Shown here one piece after another: positions 41,400 to 52,650 of a stretch of 64,000 nt of DNA. The number at the start of each line of letters is the position of its first letter. Positions within the stretch are counted from its first letter, which is position 1. The notes under the pieces were generated by a model that saw nothing but the letters and a program-made list of their open reading frames with translations, was not told where the DNA came from and searched no databases. The translations under genes were made by a program, and so were the position numbers. Origin of the DNA: Fimbriosthenelais zetlandica (Eukaryota); assembly GCA_977030845.1 (NCBI GenBank), contig OZ365111.1, forward strand, positions 36,828,001 to 36,892,000, given 5' to 3'.

Positions 41400-41957
41400 C
41401 TGAAAGTAAATACGATACGATGAAATATACATGACAGACGAGTATATAGTAGTAAGTAGTAATAGTAAGTAGTAGTAACAGTGTTCAAGCCGTATGAGAG
41501 CATCTATCTGGTTTTCAAACTATCCACGATACATGTGCCTACGAGAGATAGTGAAAAGAGGAACTGTGACCCCAGATAATATAGAGTAAGACCTACAAAT
41601 TTCAATAGTGAACACGTTTTTCAGACCCAAGTACTTAGGAATGACACCCTGTGATTTAGGGAGTATCGCTCTATATAGAGAAAACCTTAATTCTCAGTAC
41701 CCAACGTGTTTACTATTCGCAGGTTTTACTTTATATCAACGGCAGTCCACTACACTCCAATAGCCCCAATAGTAAGATGGGTATACATATAAATGCAGCC
41801 CCAAGTACCTATGTACTGTTTCCATAATAGAATGGCATTGAATTCATACACACTATGCAAGACAAGGCAGCGTTCCATCACCGATCATATGAAGGGGGAA
41901 GGGTAAAAGAAGACTATCTCTGGCCTGTAATAGATCTACTGAAAAATCATCCCCTAC

Positions 41958-42039
41958 CTGGATCTTTTAGTGATCGGATCCCTCATAACCATACATTCCG
42001 CGATTTCTCCATATTTGCTGAAGTACTCTCGTAGTCCCT
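41958..42039 (-). CDS. msi: Musashi exon 3 (EGLREYFSKYGEIAECMVMRDPITKRS-R, 82 nt)
   Basis: cttttcag acceptor, AG|gtaggg donor; peptide visible at the end of ORF 41954..42214. Confidence 0.97.
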
Positions 42040-42262
42040 CTGAAAAGGAGGGCAAAAAGAGATGAGTACAGCTGCCGACTCCATGTTGGCATCCATCGGG
42101 GGCCGGCTTACCACCAACACCACCACGGCTGCTGCTGCTGGAGCAGCAGCCACATTCATAATCACCCCACTCGCTCCTAAGACAAGCGAGGGGTTGAGGG
42201 GAACATAGAGCCATGAAATAGACAGCAATTTCAGGGTTTATACAAATGAAAACATAACCTAC

Positions 42263-42303
42263 CTGGGGTCGTTTGCCAGCTTAATCCTCCGATGAACATC
42301 TTT
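42263..42303 (-). CDS. msi: Musashi exon 2 (KMFIGGLSWQTTP, 41 nt; RNP2 of RRM1)
   Basis: ttacag acceptor, G|gtaggt donor; hallmark KMFIGGLSWQT. Confidence 0.97.
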
Positions 42304-42500
42304 CTGTAATATACAAGGGCAGAGACGGCGTGAGGGAGCGGTGGATGGATGGAGGCAAGGGCCAGATAGAAAGAACCCCCTCTGACCTAGAACTCCGCTG
42401 TGGTCAGGGTATGTTGAACGGGAGAGTGGTGGGAAAACCTGCCTGGTCTTCTCTCAGACAAATACATCCAGCAGGCTGAATAATATACCCTAATACTTAC

Positions 42501-42568
42501 CCGGGGTCGTGTGGGTTATCGTCTCCGTTGTTGGAGGAGGTTTGCTGACTTGTAGACTCCATTTTCAT
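42501..42568 (-). CDS. msi: Musashi exon 1 (MKMESTSQQTSSNNGDDNPHDP-G, 68 nt, ends phase 2); second in-frame ATG at 42562
   Basis: PHDP motif precedes RRM1 as in vertebrate MSI1/2; donor GG|gtaagtat. Confidence 0.9.
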
Positions 42569-42599
42569 ACTTGCTAACTTCTCTAAAAGCTACTGACTA

Positions 42600-42815
42600 C
42601 CTTCTCTGTACGGCCGGCACGTGGGCTCCCTAGATGCCTTCTCTACCTACTATGGGCTCAGGTCGGGTGGACATTTGGCGCGCCTCGCTAAGGCGCCAAT
42701 GGCCTGTGATTGGCAGTTTCAACGCGCCTTCCTATTGGTCGAGAGCCGGTTACCACAGCAACCTGTAACAGCCCCCATTGACGTCATCAATCACTGCCAT
42801 CTTAACTCCGCCCCC
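42600..42815 (-). promoter_or_regulatory. Probable Musashi proximal promoter (CpG-rich, TATA-less)
   Basis: Immediately 5' of the ATG: E-box CACGTG 42618-42623, three CCAAT/ATTGG boxes at about 42696-42738, full CRE TGACGTCA 42779-42786, GC box CCGCCC 42808-42813. Confidence 0.6.
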
Positions 42816-45800
42816 TGCTGCAAATTCGAACACAAAGAAAACAATCCCATCTGCCCTGTCGTCTGGGCCTCGCCAGGGAAAAAACCCTCCCTTTATGTTA
42901 CCTATTCCCCACGAGTCATTTATATGTATACCAATGTGTCTGCTGGATACAGTAGTTAATGCTGGTAGACCTATAAAAGTTTATTATGACCTAGATTTTG
43001 GTTTGTTGTTACGAAACATAATGGAGGTTTGACTGTCAAGAGCGAATGTTTGCCACTGACAGACGCAGTCTTCGGTTATCAGCTGTTCGACGAGCGGGTG
43101 GAGGGAAAAGGAGGAAAAGAAGCCTGCCCCGCTTCCCTCCATCCCATCACTAGCTCCCAACTGCCATGATTTAAGACTATACATCATAAAGTGAACATAA
43201 ACAACTGTATCCCTAGCCCCGACAGTAGTAAACACCGCTTCCTTGAGAGGTTATTTGGGTAAACAGTGCCATTTACTATACATATCCATTCTCGTCAAGG
43301 GGTAGGGGGAGGCAATGAGTCATACTCGGCTGTCGAGACAATGTCAGTTTAATGTGTGACTATGTGGGACGATATTCAAAGGCATTCCTTGTAATGAACA
43401 AGTTTCAGAGCTCTCATATTCTTAGTTTGACCGCGGATAAATCGGTTCCGAAAGCTATGTTCTATAATTAAACATAGCCCATAAACAACCCTTTGCTTCA
43501 CGTTGTGGTTGAACAACCGGTTTCTGAACAAGGAAACTGTCCCTTTTTTACATAACTGAAGGGGATTTCCTATTTTCAGGTCAATAATCCCACTGTATCA
43601 GATCTTTCCGTCCACATTTGATTTTACAAGGGGGAAAAGACTGGCAAATTGGAACCCAAAATGTTTACACGTTAATTCCTGAAGACTAGCAGTGCTTCCG
43701 CGGGCGCTGCTGCCATCGCGCGGCAATGAGGGGAACTATGCTCTCAATGGTGAATCTGATGGCATTGTAGAGACACAAACTTCCCCCTCATGCGCTGAGA
43801 TAATGAAATTTGTGACGGTCTTTTCCTTCTTTTGGAGCAGGCTAAAAGCTCCCCACTTTAGGCAAAGACACTCTGAGACAACTGATTAGTGTGACGGCGG
43901 TGTACACACATCTTTCTCAACTCTACTCTGAATACCTCCTGATTGCAAATTCCTAATGCCAGTCCCACAAGTCGCCTCACAAAACGACCCCCAATTTACT
44001 TCATGTTTGCTGCTGCCTCGACTATTTTATGTAAAGCTTTTTAGGCAAACACCATCGGAGGAAGAATGGTACTTTTAAACTCCACGTTTCTCTTCTGTAA
44101 TTACCTCGGTACTCGGACTGCATTTTGAATATGTTATTCACCACTTCAAAAGAACTGCGTCTGAGAGAGAGGAGGGTTTTTCACCCAGCCTCACCATTTT
44201 GAATATTGATGTATGTACAATATGAAACATCAATAATATTGATATGATCTAGATGTACTACATGATGTATGTTTCTGTATGTCTTTGTGAAAGAGAAGGG
44301 GGTATAGGGTTAGCCTATACATTGCAGAGGCATACAATATTATACAACAGTATAGATAGGCTATATAGGCGGTTCGATGCCCCCAATGTTAATCTATAGG
44401 CTGGAGGGAGATGTAGATCTATCGGTTGGATTAGGGGCACGTTAAGCTCTGGCTTATAATCCAGACGTTGCCATTAAGCACTTTCCTTAGTGATTATACG
44501 CCTCGGCTCTAGATACCGGGTTAAACCACGCGGGGATAAGACCTCGATTTATTTCATCCCCTGAGATTCAAACAACTCTCGGCCTTGTATTTATCAAAAA
44601 GGTACAACAAGTACAGACATCCAATCTCACATTATCGTTTGATAAGTTTGATATTTGGGAGTATATAATCTACATCTTATTTCATGAACCAAAACCAATG
44701 GATGACTCGATGGATGAATCAGTTTCATTTAAGAAATTTTCCCATTTTAACATGTATTTTCTTCAAGTGAGAAAGGTAATTATCCATGTCGTTTAGGCCC
44801 TATTTAATGTACAAATGTATATCATATTGGTGACACGAAAATGACGAATGACAAAATGTTTACATACAATGTATACAAAATTATATGTAACCTATTATAA
44901 ATAATTATATTATGTACAAGCGAGATAGGTTCATTGGGATGGCGATTCTCACCAGCAAATTCCTTAATATAACTCAGAATATGCCTATTTATTTTATGAA
45001 TATTGTTTTATTTTATTGCCCACACTTTGCAACTCCCATTTAAGGACAGATAAAAAATGCATTAGGATCTTCCTAGCACAATATGACTATTATCCTAAAA
45101 AGATGAAAGCTAAAATTAAGGCACTTGAAGGTGTTCTAATCACGCCTTTATCATATTACCCTTGAACAGTTACATCCCATGTCCATTAGTAACTATAACG
45201 CTAACCTTTAATCAGTGCCGAGATACGCGCCGAAACAAATCTATGGGGAGTTAGTAATGTGTGACATATATTGACCTACTCATCAATAACTGACCACTAA
45301 GCTGGCCATCTGGCCCTTGACGCCGTTGGTCAGTAGCTTCCAAGTGCATTGTCTCGGGTTACACATGCCAGGTGACTTGAGGTTTGTATATATTTATTGA
45401 TGGCCTTAGCATAAGAGCCGAGAAAAATCCCATTGCAACATAAAATGCATATACAAGACTGAAATAACAGGCCTACCATTTCCTTTTCCGTAGAAATGAT
45501 AATAGACACAAAACTCTATAATTATACCATACTTATGAAATAATGGTAACTTTTATTATGCTATCTTACCATAGTGATACATGCCCAAAATAACTGTGGG
45601 TCAACACTCTTCATTGTATAGAGAACCTCCCAAATATATTGTTGCCATGCAAGACCTTTAAATTTGTGTCTCCACCAAAATAGATCTAATATTAATGCAC
45701 CTTTTTGTCCTCGTACTTATGTGATGTTTCTCTAAAAATACACCAGCTGAAGGATACTACTCCTCCCATTGTATACCATGGCAACGGTATCAGACACATA

Positions 45801-48800
45801 GGATGTACTATAATGGATTTATATGTATAAATTATCCTTTATAATATATCATACGATAGGTTTATATAGTCCATGATAGCACTTCTACATGGAAGAATTG
45901 GATCGGCGAAACTTGCATAATTACTGACGACATGCGAGGAAACGATCCCACGCCAATAAAATATTTCAAATGTTTCCTTCCTATCATTCCGGCCAGTTCT
46001 ACAGCTTATCTTTATATTTAGACCCAGGAAACAAGCCCCATGTTGTATGATATACTGTATATGTACACCAAATCATCCAGTTCGCGTTTTTAATCAAACT
46101 ACAGTTGGTTTTGTTTTGTCATCTTGAAGAAGTGATCTCCCAACTGATTGACTCAAACACGGTTTTTCTTCGCATTGAAATCGGATTTGTCACGCAATTG
46201 AACGACTTAATTTTTCCTCTTCTTTTTCGGATGTTTTAATTATTTAAATTTACTCTGACCTTTTCCCACACTGCTATCTTCAAATAATCAATCTAAGTAC
46301 AAGTCACTCGGCTCAAATTTTAGGAAAGCACATGAAATAGGAGCTGTGGACATTATTTGGAAGTCTTCACACTTGTGCAAAAAAAACCTGAGATTTCAAC
46401 TTTGAACTGATACTCGTATTTTAGGCAAGTGTAAATTTTAATCAATGATGCAAGCCATTGATCGGTTATGCATGACTGATTAAATGTGAGATATCCATTT
46501 AACAACATGCACTTTACACAAGACTGCTACTCCCACAATGAAAAACCTTCATCAATCATACACACAATACTAGAGGAAATCCCCAGTCAGGCCTGTTATT
46601 TCTTGGTCCTTCCATTTCCATCAGAAATAATTAAGACACCTTGGGGTTCGAAGCGTGCTTCCCTCGCTTGTTTATCCAAAACAAATACAATGGTAAACCC
46701 CTCTAAAAGAATTGGAGCAGGGATTAAGGTTGGTGTGGATACATGCCCCACGAAGTTTTCCCTTTATATGTACATGTAGGCAAATTGGCTAGAATGTCTT
46801 TCCCAATGTCGTACTTTTGGGCGGTCTGATAACCCGAAAAGAAATTTACCGAACTAAATAGGTCGTTATGTCATGTCAAACTTATAAATATCCGAATTAT
46901 TATCATAATAATATTATGTAACTTCCTGAGGATTTCTGCGTGACATTCTCGTGTATTACAGTCCTGCAGACTGCCCTCTCTGTTATACAATGCTTCCACG
47001 CAACGTAACGTAACTTCCTCTCAAAAGCTCGCCCCTTTATAGAAGCAAATCTTGGCTAAAATAAACGTTTATAAACAAGGCTATATTTCCTGTGTTAATG
47101 CATTGATTGAAAATTACATTATCTTATTCTGTTAACTAATGTTCAGTTGGCTACGGTGTCCTGGAAACCCTATAATAAATAAAATAGAGCACAAGTTGCA
47201 ATTTACTTTCCACTGGAATCCAGACCAGACATTATTTTTTCTCTTCTATTTGTGCAGGACCCACACAAACTGAATTGGTGATTCTTACGATTCATTTTCA
47301 GAGATGTTACACGGAGCCCTTTTTTTAGTTTTAGACCTACATAATACAATCATGTAGGTACGTACATCAAAAAGAAACATGTCAAGCCTTGCAGGAGTAA
47401 CCAAAGAGGCAATGTTTACTCAGACCTATACTCCAATCCAAACCTGACATTTATGACATGTTAGTTTTCCTTAGCCTTCGTCGAACATGAAACTAATGGT
47501 CTGAATCACTGCTACCAAGCATTACAGCCTATGGGTCTAATCAAGACCCCTATTGTATTGAATATCCTTTTGAATAATTGCTTTTGAATCCTTTTATTCT
47601 CGCAGAATCTTGAAATAAAATCTTTTATATCCCATACGCATGTGCAGTCCTAATATGCATGACACATTAATCTCAGTAGTAATCTCTATGTTCATGAATA
47701 TAATCATGATGTAACATAGGTGGATATAGTATTTTGAAATTATATTGGTTATAAAATGGTTATAAAATGAGTATCGAAATGGATGAGGACGATGAATTTT
47801 GCTTAAACTGCTGCAAGACATCAAAGACTTCCAAAGAAAGATGGATGTCATTAACCCATAAACTTTAATTATGAATCCCATCTTTGTTATGTACAAACCC
47901 CATGTAATCTAATACAAATAAATGTATAGTTTGGACAATAGGACAAAGTTAGGCATACACATTCCATTAGAGCAATAATTGTTAGTTGGTGAAACTATTG
48001 ATTAAAAACTTCCTGAATCGACCAGACCAACTATAAGTTCAAGTGAATGGAAAGAAACAGTCTAAATTTAGCCAATGAATAGAGCCAGGAAATAATGGTA
48101 ATTAAAGGGTATACATCACTGATCACTCCACTGGGAACGTACTTAAGCATTAAATTATGAGGAAAGATGGCAAAGGCCGGATGATGTCTAGATTATACTG
48201 CTAGAATAGTGGGACTTATTCAAGCGTGGTTAGCACTGGTACGGGGTGGAAATCCAAGCTCACCACCAAGCCATCCTCCACCCATTACTTTAGGTTTTGA
48301 CCCAAGTTGTATATTAACACTGCTTTGTAAATAAGTGTACAGACCTGGGCAAACACGTGGGACAGTATAGAAACCGGTAAAATGCAAACAAAAAGCTAGC
48401 TGGGCGAATTTGTCAAAAGAAAGCTGGCTCTTTCTCAATTGTGGTGGGTGGAGAGTGGGGTTTGCATTGGAGGAAAAGCACACCTTACTGTGAACCTTCT
48501 AAGGTTTGAGGGATGTTGACCAAGTTTGAATGGATCTAAGGTCTTCTACTGTCCAGTGTTTCCTTTATTTTACCGATAGAGAGCATTAAATAGAAATAAG
48601 AAATGACAGAGGGTTGGAGCTTAAAGTGAAATTTCATTTTACTCGATTTAAGATCGGAGCAAATAATATAATGGCACAGAAAAGTGCAAAGGGCCAGTCA
48701 ATTCTGAATTTTATTCCATATACAATATAAGAGTATATAGGCATAATCTGTATATCTGTATACCTATATATAGTGCATGGGAATTGTAAATTTTAGTATG

Positions 48801-51800
48801 TCAAAGACATGTGGAATAGAGTACCATAAATGTTTGCAAAATGATTTCTTCTATAAAACTGGTTGGAAGAATAAATAATATCATTATGCTGTATTATGCT
48901 GTATTTAACCATTGTCATTATACCTTTGATTTTAGAATATTTATCAATAACACCAAAAAAGCACTGGAATCGCGAATAATTATTTTTACAAAAGCTTTGA
49001 AATGAATTAAGAAACAAGTTGTTTCCTGGCAGATTAAGTCTAATATTTATAACAGGTATTTACTGGACCTATTTGCAAGGTGGCTTTTATACTTGTAACA
49101 TTCAGGTCAGGGAGGGATTAAATAGATGCATTGTCCCATTGTCACTCCATTCATTGCATCCCATAGGTGAGAGGATGGAGTACAAGTAGAAATACCTGTG
49201 ACTGACACACATTGCTGTACACACATTACTCCCAATGCACAACCGCCCCTCACATCCTGGTCCGGTCAAACATTGAAATACTTTAACCGAAATACACATA
49301 CAACCCAACAACAAAAATACCCCAACATTGTATTAACAAAACAGAAGATGGTTATTGCTAGTTAATCAATGTGGCATGTCATTTCCAGTCGATCCACCTT
49401 GCTGTTAACTGCATGCATTCAATATGCGGCATTTGGCAATTTTTTGTTTGTATAATTATATATTATATATGTATCGACTACAAGCCTGCTAGAATATAAT
49501 TGCCTTTCCCCGTTGTCCAATCGATAGATTTCGTACATGAAAGTTACACTTTTTTTCCATTATCAAAGCAATATTTACATTTAACATGTTAGGCCTATGC
49601 TTTTTGTGCATTACGAGTTCGATTCCATGCAGTCCATTCCCTTATATGCACTGACATGACATAAATTCTTCCTTTTTTCAGATAATAACCCCTCTCCCCA
49701 TATATACATGGCCTACAGTATACATACAGGTAGGTATCCTTCAAAGTAAATTGATCCAGACTCATCTGTACCTATAAATGGAGTTTCCTCCTACCTACAA
49801 ATTGAATACCAACATCAAAGGATATCTGAGTTCGACATTGAAAGTCGCGATGTTTTCTCCCATGAACCACCTTTATAGGACTTATAGCACGTTTACACAG
49901 GTATGCAAGAAGCCCGCGACAATACACATTACAGTCATTCTTTTCAGAAATGTATTGAATCAGATATCTAATTGTCTCATGCGTTCCATGATATTTTGAA
50001 TATCTTTAAAACTAATTAAACGAACATATATTTCTACACATAGGCCTAAACATGATTGTTACTATACAGATTTAGCCACAGATTTAAGCCTATAATTTAC
50101 AAGTATAGAGCTATTTGAAGACTTTAATGAACACATATTGACACTCGACCACCCCTTCTGACATTGCCTGAAAAGGGTCTGAAGACAGTACGTATACAAT
50201 GTATACCGTACCCATTAGGCAAACCAATCAAGCGCTTCCCTACCGAGCGATATTAAGGGAAAACAAAGACTAACATCTCCCTGAGGAGACACGGGGCCGT
50301 AACTACATGTGATGGACCTCATAATTACACATAGACATGACTGCAGGTGAAACAATGACAGTTGGCAAAAGCCATAGTACAATAATGTGTTTTCTTAATT
50401 AGGGGACTTCCTCCAAATTAGTTATGACAGTGATTGACGATGCCAACGTGTCTGTAAGAGATTATGAATGATGGAGTCGGAATGGCGGACAAGTTGACAG
50501 CATTCAGAGGACATTGTACTGGCTGCCACAGGTCATCAGACATGGTGATGTATTGGACGATCCGAATGGATTCCGCAATCTCACTGGATACAGTTTTATG
50601 GGGCTGTTTCAAAACGAATATCAGCCATAGGCTAAATTAAATATTCTTTCAGAAACAGGCCTCATGATGCAGGCCGTGAGGCATATTATATAATTCCATT
50701 ACGTATAAGTCTACATTGCATTTAAATGAATAAAAACCTATTTAAGTTGTAATTTGTGCATTGTTTGATCGTATTAATAACATTCACAAACTGTTTTCAA
50801 ACTGATATGCCTGGTAGATGGGATTTTAATTATAAGATGTTAAGAAACCCACAAAAGTTATTTTGTCCTTGGCACGTGGGTTATGCTGATTACCTCTATT
50901 CAGTAAAATGTCATTGACTTTCATCTGTTGCTTCTAGTTTTTAAGAAAAGACCTGCTTGATAATAGCAATTATATTCGTTAAGTGTTGCTCATCCTGTGG
51001 CATTATGTAATGCATGTACAAAAGCTATATATCCCTAAAAGCTATATTTTTTCTAATAGTTTTCGACATAAAAAAGACATAAATTTCCATTGCATTCACT
51101 GAAGTATACAGTAGTATAAAATTACAATGTGAAACCGAAAGGGTAACTGAAAGTCATTGGGTATGATATGATGACTACGAGAAAATCACATTTTCAGAGA
51201 CGTCCAATCAATAAAACAAATCATAATAGATTAAACTGACAAATAAAAATGGAAATAAACAGAGGATTGCTCATTATTAATGATGACGTAGCTAGTCTTC
51301 CTGTTGCCTTCGTTATGACTTGAGGAAGTTGAGAACTTGGGATCTTAATTAAGTCAATTAAACAGCGCGCCTATTTTTGTATAGATTTATCTTTTTTCCT
51401 CCATTGCCTTTCTTCTAATCTGGCCGGGGAAAGACATGCGTTTTGTACTGATAACCTATTATGTCAGTGCTGCACCCTCAGCGAAGAGCAGACTTGTAAT
51501 TAATGGATGAAAAAATCAAGTCAAATTGATGGCCATAAAGGCAAGTTAGACGATCCATTTAAAACATGCTTTATTACCGTGCGTATATTACATGTATAAT
51601 AGGAATTGGGTTCCTTGGAAGGCATCGGCGTTGGAACATGCATGTCGCACTGCACTGGCTTCTGATATATAATATATATAGACACTTCCGGTTGTGAGCC
51701 TTTAGAGATGCCCCAAATAGGCAATTTACCCCAAGATCACATGAGATTTAATAAATGATCACTCAAATTATTCATCGACATACAAATCCTATGGCAGTTG

Positions 51801-52330
51801 CCCATTGTACGTATCTTATAACTCTTGAAGGCCGGGCATTGGGAATTATAATTATAGGCTATGGAGTTGCATAGCAATGTCGAGTGCCATATTAGGAAGA
51901 GAAGGGAAAATGCTATTGGCCTTATGTTCTGCACATTATAATGATAATTATAAGAGCAGAGATTGGGATGCATATGGTTGTCCTGAGATGTCGATCCTTC
52001 TTGAAATGCGATATATACTGAAGAAAATGGAAATGCCACTGAAGTTTGCGAAGAGGAGATGTAGTCCAAATAAGATGTATGAATATGTTGGATCACTTTC
52101 TGGCTTTCCTGCAGTAAGGAATAGTACTTGAGCCGTTGGCCATCCTGTGGTTAATTATTCATAATGAATGGGTGCACATGTTTCTCACTCCTCTCCACAC
52201 AGACCGCTGTAACCCTACCCAGGCCACCAACACCTTCCTCCACCAGTAATTATTATTAATTTTCCGCAGGACATGGAAGATGTGAATTGTCGGAGGCAGT
52301 TCCTATGGATTTGTGCCTTCAAGCTATAAT

Positions 52331-52351
52331 GAAAGGGGGAGAGAGAGAACG

Positions 52352-52410
<59 letters not shown>

Positions 52411-52650
52411 TGGGAGGCAGGGAGATAGATGAGAGATATAGGGAGATAATTAACAAAGAAAGTAAAAAAGAAAGAAAGACAGACAGAGATAAAGACGGAA
52501 AGAAAGAGAGGGGAGGGGAGTTGGATGAGCGAGGGAAAGGAGGCTGGAGGAAGCTATATAGGGGAGGCACTCAGTGAGGCAGGGAGGAGTTAGGGAGGGA
52601 GAGAGGGAGGAGGAAGGGAGGCAGGGAGGGAGGGATCGAAGGAAAGGTAT
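52331..52650. repeat. Purine-rich tract containing (AG)21 at 52364-52405
   Basis: Direct reading. Confidence 0.9.

Larger units (their letters stand above)
717..42568 (-). other. msi: Musashi-family gene, span of coding exons 1-6; the gene continues beyond the left edge of the window
   Basis: Six GT-AG-bounded exons join in frame into an uninterrupted Musashi RRM1 plus the start of RRM2. Introns are 197, 223, 558, 1141 and 39310 nt. Confidence 0.96.

Noticed and set aside
37769-41478. GTAGT/ATAGT runs (37769-37798, 41441-41478) resembling Musashi binding sites (autoregulation)
   Set aside because: They are on the plus strand; the msi pre-mRNA reads ACUACU there.
42492-42502. ATACTTACC, identical to the U1 snRNA 5' end
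   Set aside because: It is the reverse complement of the msi exon 1 donor (GGTAAGTAT); no U1 body follows.
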